A DNA stretch of 64,000 bases from Candidatus Helarchaeota archaeon (GCA_019058315.1 JAHPZH010000008.1:64001-128000); one strand, 5' to 3'; positions 1 through 9,358 are shown, counted from the stretch's first letter. The notes: generated by a model not told the origin, from the sequence alone. Numbers and translations: made by a program.

Positions 1-279
1 CCCAAAACTCCTAAATTTCCCGACTTTCCTAGGGGGTTATATAATATTATAGGAAATCCATATGAAGCCCTAAATACTTTGAGAGAATGGGATATAGTAC
101 ATCCACCAGCATGGGTAGAATTAGTGAGGGAGCTTGAACAAGTAGTTTATAAATCAGAAACTCATTTAATAGAACCTATAATCGAAGAACCGTATGAACT
201 TGGGAAGAAAGGTAAAGGAAAAGGGGAAGCAACTGGTAAAACCAAGGATGGTCAGAAAAAAACTAGTAGTTATAAATAA
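1..279 (+). CDS. 3' part of a hypothetical protein running in from the window edge
   Basis: Frame 1 is open from base 1 (PKTPKFPDFPRGLYNIIGNPYEALNTLREWDIVHPPAW...) to TAA 277-279, so the TTG at 79 is probably internal. Confidence 0.75.
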   Translation, partial: PKTPKFPDFPRGLYNIIGNPYEALNTLREWDIVHPPAWVELVRELEQVVYKSETHLIEPIIEEPYELGKKGKGKGEATGKTKDGQKKTSSYK

Positions 280-286
280 AATTATT
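250..286 (+). repeat. 37-bp perfect direct repeat, left copy (attL/target-duplication-like)
   Basis: GGTCAGAAAAAAACTAGTAGTTATAAATAAAATTATT, identical to 3623-3659; covers the last codons and stop of the upstream gene. Confidence 0.95.
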
Positions 287-698
287 AAAAAAAACAGGTG
301 TTCTATAATTATTTGAAAGATAAATCCAATAGGATTTTTTTCAGATGATTGGTATGAGACTTTAAGAAAAATTTTGGACTTTTTGAAAATTAAAATAAGT
401 AATTTAAATGATTCGATAGATTAAAATGTCCAATATTTTTTAAATGTTCAAAATCCCCACTTATATTTTATCAGAATCGAGATATTACATGAAAAAAATA
501 ATTCAAAATAGTACAATATTTATATATTAGATGTATCTTCTTTAATTATATACAAGATTTCTGGGGCGATATTGCAATTTTTAAAGATACGACATATATT
601 ATCTAGGAAATTTTTCTAAAAAATAAAAAAGAATAACAGAATAATAAGTTAACCTACCCAAGATCGGAATACTTCACTTAAAGGATGGAATGTAATCA

Positions 699-1841
699 AT
701 GGAGAATGATTTTAGAAAATCTTTTGAGAATTTGACTTGGAAAAGAAGAATAGCTAGATTTTATTTAGGATATATTGTTTTTTACAACCTAGTCACAAGA
801 ATTTTATTTTTAATTTTAAGAATACGAATAAATAACTTTACCTATTGGGCAGACGAAGTTATTTTTCCTGCTTTTAATTCTCTTTTTTGCCTTGTGACAA
901 TATTTTTTATTGATGAATTTTATAAAAAGGTCGAATTATTAAAAATTTATACAAATATAAAAAAATATCTTTGTAATATATTTCCTGATAAATATGTTTT
1001 TATAACAATAACAATACTGGGGATTATTTTAAATATAGAGGGATATTGGACGAATAGATTTGCAAATTTAAAATATTTCGAATTATTTGGAGATTTCTCT
1101 GTTACATTATTTCACCTAGAAATTTGGCAAGACCTCCTATTACTACCTTTTGGATTTAGTACTTTTTGGGCAATTGTAACGGCTCCATATAAAATGAAAA
1201 AAAGACAACATAAATTTATAAAGGAAAAAGTTCTACATGAATTTCAAAAATTATCATTATTAAATATTCAAGTTTATCTGATTTTTACTTTGGTATATGT
1301 TATTTTCATGTTACTTGGCTTAACTTCAGAGGGTTTTTTGGTCTCAATTTCTTATCTTATCTCTTTTATTATTGGAATTGTTTTTTTTATATATTTAATA
1401 ATAAACTCGTTAAAAATCATTAGTTTCAAAAAACCTCTGAATGGAATAAATGAAAGTTTAATCAAAGAAATATATGATATGTGTAATTCTTTTAGAAATT
1501 GGGAAGATATTTTAAACCTTTTATGTTCATCTAGTGGTTTATTTGTTCAACATTTTAGAAATATTTTAGATGTTTTTTCAAATTCTGAAAATTTAAAACA
1601 ATATTTTAATAAAAATAAAAGCAAGAACTATAATAAAATTAAAATTTTATTATATATTTTTGCATTTCATCAATGGAAAAGCAAAAACTGTACAGCACAG
1701 AATATTAAAGATGATTTGAAGATCCCAAAGGCTACTATTTATAGAAATGTTAACAAATTAGAAGAAGAGAGAATAATTAAAAAAGAAAAAAAGGGTAACA
1801 AAAGAGAAGAACTGCTCCAACCGTTAAAAATTCCAACTTGA
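699..1841 (+). CDS. multi-pass membrane protein with C-terminal winged helix-turn-helix (putative membrane-anchored regulator)
   Basis: About 6 hydrophobic segments, then TAQNIKDDLKIPKATIYRNVNKLEEERIIKK, a typical wHTH signature. Confidence 0.7.
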   Translation: MENDFRKSFENLTWKRRIARFYLGYIVFYNLVTRILFLILRIRINNFTYWADEVIFPAFNSLFCLVTIFFIDEFYKKVELLKIYTNIKKYLCNIFPDKYVFITITILGIILNIEGYWTNRFANLKYFELFGDFSVTLFHLEIWQDLLLLPFGFSTFWAIVTAPYKMKKRQHKFIKEKVLHEFQKLSLLNIQVYLIFTLVYVIFMLLGLTSEGFLVSISYLISFIIGIVFFIYLIINSLKIISFKKPLNGINESLIKEIYDMCNSFRNWEDILNLLCSSSGLFVQHFRNILDVFSNSENLKQYFNKNKSKNYNKIKILLYIFAFHQWKSKNCTAQNIKDDLKIPKATIYRNVNKLEEERIIKKEKKGNKREELLQPLKIPT

Positions 1842-1860
1842 GTGTAATAATACATGAAAA

Positions 1861-1980
1861 TTAAGATTCTGTTATAGAATGAACCTCGAACCTAACATCT
1901 TGATTTAGCGCTCCTTTTTGATTTGGATTAATTTTAAGTTTTTGGAAAATCTCTCTTGCTCCTATTTCCATGGAAATCAT
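1861..1980 (-). CDS. possible small ORF or gene remnant (39 aa, MISMEIGAREIFQKLKINPNQKG...)
   Basis: Open frame co-oriented with the upstream operon, with GGAG just before the start; no recognisable domain. Confidence 0.25.
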   Translation of the reverse strand: MISMEIGAREIFQKLKINPNQKGALNQDVRFEVHSITES

Positions 1981-2060
1981 CTCTCCAAATTATGTTTTGA
2001 TGTAACTTATAAAATCTATGATTTTTTAATAAACACAAGGGCTAAAAATATTTTTTTAAT

Positions 2061-2333
2061 TTATCTTGCTATAGAGATTATTATCGTAAAAACGATAATT
2101 ATACAAATAATAATAAAACATATACCACCTGTTGTCAAAGAATTCTTCTTTTTTGAACTGGGGAAATACTCTGATGCTTGGATCCGTTCTGGTTCTTGAT
2201 TGGTAAGTTGTTGTTTTATATCTGGTAATGGTGAACTATCAGTAACTTTAGTAAATACAAATCCACAATGAATACAAATATTACTTTCATATGGAATTAT
2301 TCTATTGCATTTTGGACATTTTTTACCTTCCAT
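2061..2333 (-). CDS. zinc-ribbon protein with C-terminal transmembrane anchor
   Basis: CPKC-x10-CIHCG at the N-terminus; hydrophobic C-terminal helix. Confidence 0.75.
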   Translation of the reverse strand: MEGKKCPKCNRIIPYESNICIHCGFVFTKVTDSSPLPDIKQQLTNQEPERIQASEYFPSSKKKNSLTTGGICFIIICIIIVFTIIISIAR

Positions 2334-2382
2334 TTACATCGAACCTGTTTCAATTTTGAAATTAACAATATTTATGAAAAAA

Positions 2383-2997
2383 TTAAGTTACATAGCCAAT
2401 TTTTAAGACAATAGGGAGGTCCGTTTGAATAGAATTTTCCCGTAAATTTTGTATTAGATCTTTTATTTCTGTTTTTCCTTTTCTTAAATTTGTAATCGAC
2501 ACTGGAAGCATCGGTTCAAATTTAGATTTTTTAATAAAGTTGTTAATACGGTATTTACCTTCTAAAAGCCAATAATAGGTTCCTTTGGTTTTCTTTTCAT
2601 AATAATAGCCAGGATCTAGAAAATCCCCAGTTAATGGGATATAAAATACAACAGAGCCATCCATATATTTACTTTCTTGAGCGTATACTCCTGGCTTTTT
2701 TATATTTTTTTTGGGTTTTTTAAGATATTCTGTTATTTTACAAATGGGTATTTCTACATAAATTTCTCCGCGTCCTAGTTCTTTTTTGTGAACAGTTATA
2801 CCATATATTTTACGACTTCTTTCAGAATAATACTGTGATAAAAATACGATTCTATTTTTTGTTATTGATATGTCGCCAGGAGCATCAGGTGGAAAATAAC
2901 ATCTTGCTCCAATGTTTATCATCATTCCAACATTATTTATCTTCTTAATAATTTCTTCCTCATCCGTTTCCATCACTTTCATAGGAAATATATACAA
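2383..2997 (-). CDS. hypothetical protein, possible PH/GRAM-like fold
   Basis: GDISITKNRIVF...VEIPICKI resembles the G-x-L-x-(I/L)-T-x-x-R-(I/L)-x-F pattern of PH-like domains. True start may be a later Met. Confidence 0.55.
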   Translation of the reverse strand: MYIFPMKVMETDEEEIIKKINNVGMMINIGARCYFPPDAPGDISITKNRIVFLSQYYSERSRKIYGITVHKKELGRGEIYVEIPICKITEYLKKPKKNIKKPGVYAQESKYMDGSVVFYIPLTGDFLDPGYYYEKKTKGTYYWLLEGKYRINNFIKKSKFEPMLPVSITNLRKGKTEIKDLIQNLRENSIQTDLPIVLKIGYVT

Positions 2998-3033
2998 TTA
3001 TAAATTTTTTTACTCAAAATATTCTATATTTCA

Positions 3034-3438
3034 CTAATTACTGCTTAATATTTTTGCTATTGCACAAATGGCAATTACTACACCTAATAAAATAAATACC
3101 CAACTATAATCAGGAGAACTTGAACCATCCGAGTCACTATCTTCCGCTGCTGACAGAAGTACCATTTCGGAAGTAAATAACTTCGTTCCACTGAAAAAAA
3201 ATGTATTTACATAATTGTTTATTTGAAATTGATTAATGCATGTAGTTAAAGAGTTTCTGTATAAGGAATCTATATTAATAATTTTTTTCATCTCAATTCT
3301 GTTCTCATCAAGAAAATAATAATTATTTCTGTCATTGAAGGGGCGTACAAATGTTTTAATGTTTTGAATGGGTAGAATTAAGATGATGGAAACAAAAATA
3401 GTAGCAATAATGATTAAAAATAATTTTTTTCCTCTCAA
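3034..3438 (-). CDS. membrane protein with N-terminal signal/TM, Ser/Asp linker and C-terminal TM
   Basis: Basic then hydrophobic N-terminus; DSDSDGSSSPD linker; C-terminal hydrophobic helix; GGTGA SD before the TTG. Confidence 0.6.
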   Translation of the reverse strand: MRGKKLFLIIIATIFVSIILILPIQNIKTFVRPFNDRNNYYFLDENRIEMKKIINIDSLYRNSLTTCINQFQINNYVNTFFFSGTKLFTSEMVLLSAAEDSDSDGSSSPDYSWVFILLGVVIAICAIAKILSSN

Positions 3439-3516
3439 AATTTCACCATTCTTATTTATTACTATGTATTAAAACTGGATATGTGTAGATGTCATTTATT
3501 TTTAAAAATTACTTTT

Positions 3517-3538
3517 TTTAGTCTCAAGTGAGACTAAA
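3517..3538. promoter_or_regulatory. palindromic operator candidate TTTAGTCTCA-AG-TGAGACTAAA
   Basis: Perfect 10-bp inverted repeat with 2-bp spacer, about 80 bp upstream of the island's minus-strand operon. Confidence 0.6.
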
Positions 3539-3622
3539 TTGATGAGATTTTTTAATGAAATAGTCAAGATATATTGTTATCTTTGAAAAATAATGCATTT
3601 TAAAACTTGAAAACAATTTGAA

Positions 3623-3659
3623 GGTCAGAAAAAAACTAGTAGTTATAAATAAAATTATT
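3623..3659 (+). repeat. 37-bp perfect direct repeat, right copy (attR-like)
   Basis: Identical to 250-286; contains the stop codon (TTA 3655-3657) of the convergent gene 3655-4101. Confidence 0.95.
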
Positions 3660-4101
3660 TTAAAAGATATTTCTGACCAATATAAATAAATATTACTGCT
3701 CCAAGTATCATAAGAGTTGTACATATAATAAGAACTAATTCTTGAGTCGTAATACCCAAAACTGCATATAATGCAAATGCTGCTATAATTCCGATTGAAA
3801 GCATAAGGAAAAGAAAAAATGAATATATCATCAATCTAACATTCTCTTTGTTATTCATGTACCATCTTTTAATTCTATTTTCTTCATATGCAAGTTTTTC
3901 CTTTGCTTCCCTTTCCTTCAGCCTTTCTTTCATTTCTTTTTCTAATTCTTCCTCGATTACTATTCCTTCCTCTCTGGTAGACACTTTATTTTCTTCTTCA
4001 ACCTCATTATCTTTGATTTCGTCTATCTCTTCTTCTATTTCTTCCTCTTCTATCTCTTCTTCTGACTCTTCAATATTTTCAATTTTTTTCCGCTTACTCA
4101 T
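3655..4101 (-). CDS. membrane protein with very acidic N-terminal region and two C-terminal TM helices
   Basis: Glu-rich N-terminus followed by two hydrophobic helices; GGTG upstream. Confidence 0.8.
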   Translation of the reverse strand: MSKRKKIENIEESEEEIEEEEIEEEIDEIKDNEVEEENKVSTREEGIVIEEELEKEMKERLKEREAKEKLAYEENRIKRWYMNNKENVRLMIYSFFLFLMLSIGIIAAFALYAVLGITTQELVLIICTTLMILGAVIFIYIGQKYLLK

Positions 4102-4128
4102 TTCCTAATACACCATATCAACCAGCAG

Positions 4129-6426
4129 TTACATCCATGGTTTTTGAATAATTGAAAAATTTGAACCAATACTTACTCTAATTTTATCCTTTTTTTCTCC
4201 ATAGTAACCAAATTTCATTTGATACTGCAGATCTGGAATTTTTTTATTTTGTAGTATTAATAATATTGGTTTTACTATAAACTTACTATATGCTTTTACT
4301 TGAAAATTTTCTTGAAATTCTTGAAAACTCTCAGTTTCATTTAATAATATCTTTTTTGGTTCTATAGTTTCAACATCTAATTGTTTATTTTGTAAAAAAT
4401 TCTTAAAATTATTATTTAAAAATACAGGAAATGTATTCCTTAATTCAATACTTTGCTGAAAAATTTCACCAAATAATTTCAATAAGGCTTTTTGAATCTC
4501 ATCTGTTTCTAATTCTGTACTTATTTCTAAATTTTCTAGAAATATATTTGGTTCCAGCTGTTTTTGACCTTGAGATTTGATAAAATTAATCAGATTATTT
4601 ACTTGATCAAATAATAGTAATTGTTTATCAACATTCGCTTGTCTAAAGTCGTCAAACCAATTTAACAATACGTCATTCCAATTTAACTTCATTGCACTTA
4701 ATCTTCTATCAAGAAATTTAAGATATTCCTCTGAGAAAGAATCTGGTTCTTCAGAAAGCTTATCCTCATTTTCAAATAAAAATGTATTAAAAACATTATA
4801 ACGAAGCAAATATTCTGTTAAGAATAAAACTTCCCTAGGATAACTTCTTAAATTATTAAAAGTCTTGGAAAAAAGCTTTTTATTTTCTTCAGAATCCACA
4901 CGGGGTAAGATAAAATTCCCGCTGAATTCAATCAGATCCTCTAAAGTTAAATTTTGTTCTTCTACAAAATTTTCCATATAAATCATTAATTCTTTAGGAA
5001 GTTGCTCCTCAATCTTATCCTGATCAAATTGTACTTCTGCTTCTTCTAAGTACTTCTTATAGATCTCATTTATTGCGTAACTCTCGAATTTCTTTAGGTA
5101 TGTATCTGCGATTGCTTTAATTGTTTCTTCTTGATCTTTTAGAACATCATCTTTGAATTTCCTTATATATGATCTTAGAAGTTCGACTTCACAGTTTTTA
5201 GATAGAAAAATAGGAAGTCCCCTTATCAAATTTGAAATTGAATGATTAGCATATTCAATAAAGAAATTTAGTTCAGGTTTGAATTGCCAAGCAACAATCT
5301 CTTCTGTACCAAATTCTTCTCGTAGGGGACTAAAAAATTCTTCAAATATTTTTATTAGTAGAGATTTTTGTTGTCCTAGAGATTTTTCGAGAACCCAATT
5401 TTTAAATTTATTAACATGTTCATTAAAATCAGCTTTTATACCGCTTTTAAAATATTCTTCAGCAGAAGTTTGAAAACTTTGAAGAGCATCACGATATACT
5501 TCGGCCTCTTCGTTCAATACAGGAATTAAAAAATCAAATCTTTTTTTGGCTTCATATCTTCCTATCATATCAATAAAATAATCTAAAAAAAAGGATAAGA
5601 ATCTAGATTGAGTCATATTGCCTGATAATTCATTTAAAGGCAGAAAAGCCTCTCTTGAAAATGAAAATGTATTTTGAGTAATTCTTTTACCAGTAATTGG
5701 AGATAAAGCATGTTTTAGATATTGAACCGATGCTCTTTGTTCAGTTTTTTCTTTTAAACGGGACAATTTAATATTTTCTAATTTAATTGCGGGAGGTAGG
5801 GATACATAATTCGTATTTTGATTACCCGTAATTATATTGTCAGCATCGACATCAACTTGATCAAGATTTTGGCTCTTTTTATGTTCTGCTTCCTTATATT
5901 TTCTTTGCCATCTTTTTTCTATAAAAATTCCAAACATTTTTTCTGCAGATCTGGAACTAAATCTTTCAAGGATTTGCGTTCGAGCTTTGCCATCAATCTC
6001 TGGTCTGGTAATTTCTTCTTCTATTTGATAAATATTTTCACAAACTGAATTTAGCTCATCTTTAGCTTTATAGACGTCGATTAATCCAGTTTCATACTCA
6101 AATGCTAAGATAAAATCTGATCTTGTTTTTCGTGAACCTGTAATTAATAATATACCTTTTGGAAGTAGTTTATCTTCCTTTCCTACATATTCTAAAAGAA
6201 ATTCAGCCGAAAATAATGTTGACCCAGCATAATCTTCTAGAAAAGAATTAAAAGCGGACAAATATTTGGAAGCATTATTAATTAATTCTTTTACTTTCGC
6301 ACTATGTACTCTTCCTGGGCTTACAATACCACCATAAGGTGCACCATTTTCATCTATATAGCTAAAAATAGTAGCGTAGATTCTTGAAAGTTCATCTCCC
6401 GTAAAAACAAGATCTGTTATCTTCAA
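4129..6426 (-). CDS. large helical hypothetical protein (765 aa)
   Basis: Long ORF, GGAGG SD before the TTG; no recognisable motif. Confidence 0.85.
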   Translation of the reverse strand: MKITDLVFTGDELSRIYATIFSYIDENGAPYGGIVSPGRVHSAKVKELINNASKYLSAFNSFLEDYAGSTLFSAEFLLEYVGKEDKLLPKGILLITGSRKTRSDFILAFEYETGLIDVYKAKDELNSVCENIYQIEEEITRPEIDGKARTQILERFSSRSAEKMFGIFIEKRWQRKYKEAEHKKSQNLDQVDVDADNIITGNQNTNYVSLPPAIKLENIKLSRLKEKTEQRASVQYLKHALSPITGKRITQNTFSFSREAFLPLNELSGNMTQSRFLSFFLDYFIDMIGRYEAKKRFDFLIPVLNEEAEVYRDALQSFQTSAEEYFKSGIKADFNEHVNKFKNWVLEKSLGQQKSLLIKIFEEFFSPLREEFGTEEIVAWQFKPELNFFIEYANHSISNLIRGLPIFLSKNCEVELLRSYIRKFKDDVLKDQEETIKAIADTYLKKFESYAINEIYKKYLEEAEVQFDQDKIEEQLPKELMIYMENFVEEQNLTLEDLIEFSGNFILPRVDSEENKKLFSKTFNNLRSYPREVLFLTEYLLRYNVFNTFLFENEDKLSEEPDSFSEEYLKFLDRRLSAMKLNWNDVLLNWFDDFRQANVDKQLLLFDQVNNLINFIKSQGQKQLEPNIFLENLEISTELETDEIQKALLKLFGEIFQQSIELRNTFPVFLNNNFKNFLQNKQLDVETIEPKKILLNETESFQEFQENFQVKAYSKFIVKPILLILQNKKIPDLQYQMKFGYYGEKKDKIRVSIGSNFSIIQKPWM

Positions 6427-6600
6427 TGCCTCCGCTTTATCATTATTTGGATTTGGAATTATTTTAACAAAATTAATTTATATTAATGGTTTTATTATCA
6501 TTTTTATTGGACATATATCTAATCAATAATTGATATTTTTAATTAAAAATCAATTCAATTTCATTAATAATATTTGAAAATAATTATTAAAGTGATAATT

Positions 6601-7815
6601 ATGGCAGATAAGGGAACTATCTTTGAACAAATAAAGGAAAAGATCGATGAATTAATTATGGGACGCCGATACATTATTTCGGAAGTTGGGAAGCTCAAAG
6701 TATCAATGGATAAACTACAAGCAAGCCTTCCAGATGTTACAGATCTTGATAAATGGTTAGTAGAAGTTAAAGGTGCCGTTAGCAGTATGGGGCAGCTTTC
6801 AACGGTATTGAACCAGCTTGCAGATTCTGCGGGAGCCATCCAAAGTATGAATATGAGTATGGAATCTGTAAAGAACGCAATTAAGGGTATGGGCGATCTC
6901 CGCTTAGTAAGCGAGAATATAACAACATCTTCGGCAAAGATAGGCGGTCTTGGTGAATCTGTTAGAGAAGTTCGTGATTCAATCCGTGGTTTGGACTCGC
7001 TTAAAGAAGATTTTGCGGCAAATCTGGGCATTATGGGAGAGTTGAATATTTCTATGTCTGGACTTAAAGGTACAATGGATACTTTATCTACAAAATTCGA
7101 AGGTCTTGCAGGTCTAGCAGATTTAGGCAAAGTTGCAAAGGATTTAAAACCAGCTATTGATGAATTAAAAGGAACTATGAATGCTGTTGGAGAACTCAAA
7201 GAAACCCTGGCGGATATTAAAAGAAGCGCAACAACACTGGGGGATTTAAAATTACTAGCCACCGAACTTAAAGCAACTATGGCAGAATTTCGGGAGAGGT
7301 CGAAAACTATCGGTGTGGCTACACCAGCTGCGTCAGTAAGTTTACCTAAAGCAAAACCAATAGCAAAACCTATTAGTATAAAGCCAATATCCAGTTCCAC
7401 AACAACAAGCCCAAAACCTATTAGTGTAAAACCAATATCCCAAGAACCATTAAAAGCAGGAATAACTTATAAGAGGAAAAAAGAAGAACCAACAGTGGAA
7501 AAACCAACTTCGGAGGAAACTGCAAAAAAGAAAAAGGGTAAAACACCTCCAATTGTTTTAGAAGTATTTCAATTGATAGAACAACGAGCAAAGAGAGGCG
7601 AAACTGCAGATGCGCTTTCTAAAATTATAGAAAATGCTAGGGATACTATCTCAAAAAGTTGGAAATGGCACCCAATTTTATACGAAGTAGGGACTTTTGC
7701 AAGAAAATTAAAGAAATACCCACCAGGAAAACCACCAGATGCAGAAGTGATAGATCTTTTAATGAAAAAGATGGAAGAATGGAAAGAAAAAATGACTGAG
7801 GATGCAAAAAAGTAA
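6601..7815 (+). CDS. long amphipathic coiled-coil protein with P/K/S linker and C-terminal helical domain
   Basis: Heptad/hendecad L-x-x-L pattern over about 230 aa; duplicated KPIS(I/V)KPIS linker. ATG 6601 preferred over TTG 6574. Confidence 0.85.
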   Translation: MADKGTIFEQIKEKIDELIMGRRYIISEVGKLKVSMDKLQASLPDVTDLDKWLVEVKGAVSSMGQLSTVLNQLADSAGAIQSMNMSMESVKNAIKGMGDLRLVSENITTSSAKIGGLGESVREVRDSIRGLDSLKEDFAANLGIMGELNISMSGLKGTMDTLSTKFEGLAGLADLGKVAKDLKPAIDELKGTMNAVGELKETLADIKRSATTLGDLKLLATELKATMAEFRERSKTIGVATPAASVSLPKAKPIAKPISIKPISSSTTTSPKPISVKPISQEPLKAGITYKRKKEEPTVEKPTSEETAKKKKGKTPPIVLEVFQLIEQRAKRGETADALSKIIENARDTISKSWKWHPILYEVGTFARKLKKYPPGKPPDAEVIDLLMKKMEEWKEKMTEDAKK

Positions 7816-7927
7816 ATTCAATTTTTTAACCATAAAAACATAAGAATTTATCAACTACCTTTTTTTATTTTAAGCAATTTTATGATTATTTTAAAAATTT
7901 AAATCACAATAGAATATGAAGATTAAA

Positions 7928-8068
7928 TCAAATCTCATCCCATACAATGTCATATATGGCGTTTCGAATCGCTTCTGTACGAGAAACATATAATCCAGAT
8001 TCTACAAATTTTTCGATTTGATCTAGATATTCTTTAGGAATTTTAATTGATAATTTTACTAACATCAT
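7928..8068 (-). CDS. ribbon-helix-helix (CopG/Arc/MetJ) DNA-binding protein, 46 aa, not in ORF track
   Basis: MMLVKLSIKIPKEYLDQIEKFVESGLYVSRTEAIRNAIYDIVWDEI; classic archaeal RHH pattern; AGGAG SD at 8076-8080. Confidence 0.85.
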   Translation of the reverse strand: MMLVKLSIKIPKEYLDQIEKFVESGLYVSRTEAIRNAIYDIVWDEI

Positions 8069-8323
8069 TATTCATCTCCTTAAAAATATAATATTTCTAG
8101 CCCTTTTTGAATATTTTTTCACTATTTTAAAAAAAATCAACATTCCGATTTCAATTTTTAAATTTTTAATCCATTTTCAATTTAAAAATTTAAAAGAAAC
8201 TATCTTAAAAATTAAAATAATTAAAATACAAAAAAAATATTAAAAATGAATCGTAAAATATTATAATTCAAAATACTTGAAAAACTACTATTAAATTCAA
8301 AAAAATAATATGAGAAGGGAAAA

Positions 8324-8599
8324 TTGCCGGATATTTCTGATGTATTTAAAAATTTAAGAGAAAAACGGAAGGATAAGGATAAAATTTTCAAAAAAATTTT
8401 TAACTTAATTGATAAAGCCCAAATTAGCGAAGAAAAGGGAGAATTTTTTGATGCTGCAGATTTATATGAGAAAGCAGCCAAAGAAGCAGATAAAACAGAT
8501 GATGTAGAATTACAAGAGCAGCTTTTAATCAAGATAGAAGAGTGTATGGTCAAGGGGGAAGAGAAGCGGGAAAAATTAGATAAAATGTTTTCTATTTGA
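8324..8599 (+). CDS. small three-helix protein, MIT/TPR-like
   Basis: LIDKAQISEEKGEFFDAADLYEKAA resembles the MIT/TPR A-x3-E-x2-G-x3-A-x2-LY pattern. Confidence 0.65.
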   Translation: MPDISDVFKNLREKRKDKDKIFKKIFNLIDKAQISEEKGEFFDAADLYEKAAKEADKTDDVELQEQLLIKIEECMVKGEEKREKLDKMFSI

Positions 8600-8879
8600 A
8601 TGTCTTTTTATTAGTATTTTTTATTTATTTATGTCAAAAGTTAGTAATCTTATTTTTTTAAAAACCTTTGTGGATGAAAAAAAATTCAAATTTTTGTCGA
8701 TAACTATAAAATTCGGAGGATCATTGACTTTAATCACAAAATTTTCGTCGAATATCGGCGTTTAAAATTAGTTTTAACAATATTTTTATAAGTAAAATGA
8801 TCTTATAAAATATTAAAAAATAATTAAAAAAATTATTTTATAATCCAAATAAATTAAAAAAAATATGAGGGAAATAAAT

Positions 8880-9098
8880 ATGGCAAAGAAAAGATTCTTC
8901 GCTTGGAGCCCAACAAGAACTTTAATGTCCAGTGTAGGTGCGAAAATCGTTAACAAAAATGCTGTGGACTATTTGATTGGTCATCTCGAAGCCGAAGCTG
9001 TTGAAATCACAAAAAAAGCTATTACATTTGCAAAACATGCAAATCGTAAAAAAGTTACCGCAGCAGATGTAACACTAGCAATAAAAGAATTCTCCTAA
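8880..9098 (+). CDS. archaeal histone (histone fold, Loki-type)
   Basis: FAWSPTRTLMSSVGAKIVNKNAVDYL...AITFAKHANRKKVTAADV; GAGGG SD precedes ATG 8880. Confidence 0.93.
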   Translation: MAKKRFFAWSPTRTLMSSVGAKIVNKNAVDYLIGHLEAEAVEITKKAITFAKHANRKKVTAADVTLAIKEFS

Positions 9099-9111
9099 TT
9101 AAAATCTATCA

Positions 9112-9132
9112 TTTTTTTTATTTTTTTATTTT
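9112..9132 (+). terminator. oligo-T archaeal terminator of the histone gene
   Basis: Consecutive T8/T7 runs just after the stop codon. Confidence 0.55.
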
Positions 9133-9358
9133 AGATTCTGGCTGATTGAATAAAAATATTATTAATTCTTTTTTCACTTAACAAAAACTAACCTATAATT
9201 TCTCCATTTCCAGTGATCTTAATAAAATTCCAATTTAATTTAGATAAGAAGTATAAATTCAATCCCATTTCAACATCATTTTAAATTTTAAAAATTATAT
9301 ATAGATTTATATAATTCAAAATGAAAATGGTTGTGTAATTTATCGTTTGGTGACGTAA

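Larger units (their letters stand above)
250..3659. mobile_element. putative inserted mini-island (3373-bp repeat spacing) with no recombinase gene
   Basis: Bounded by 37-bp direct repeats. Removing it leaves two convergent genes with stops 2 bp apart. Cargo is a membrane-bound HTH protein plus membrane/hypothetical genes. Confidence 0.7.

Noticed and set aside
1918-2199. 93-aa + ORF
   Set aside because: Overlaps the better-supported zinc-ribbon gene antisense; no features.
3524-3724. 66-aa minus ORF crossing the right repeat
   Set aside because: Out-of-frame overlap with 3655-4101 and spans the insertion junction; likely spurious.
3848-4108. Ser-rich 86-aa + ORF
   Set aside because: Mirror of the GAA-rich acidic gene on the minus strand.
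6564-7400. 278-aa minus-strand ORF
   Set aside because: Antisense shadow of the coiled-coil gene; S/I/F/P-rich composition with no motif.
8221-8553. 110-aa minus ORF
   Set aside because: Antisense to the MIT-like gene and runs into AT-rich intergenic DNA.
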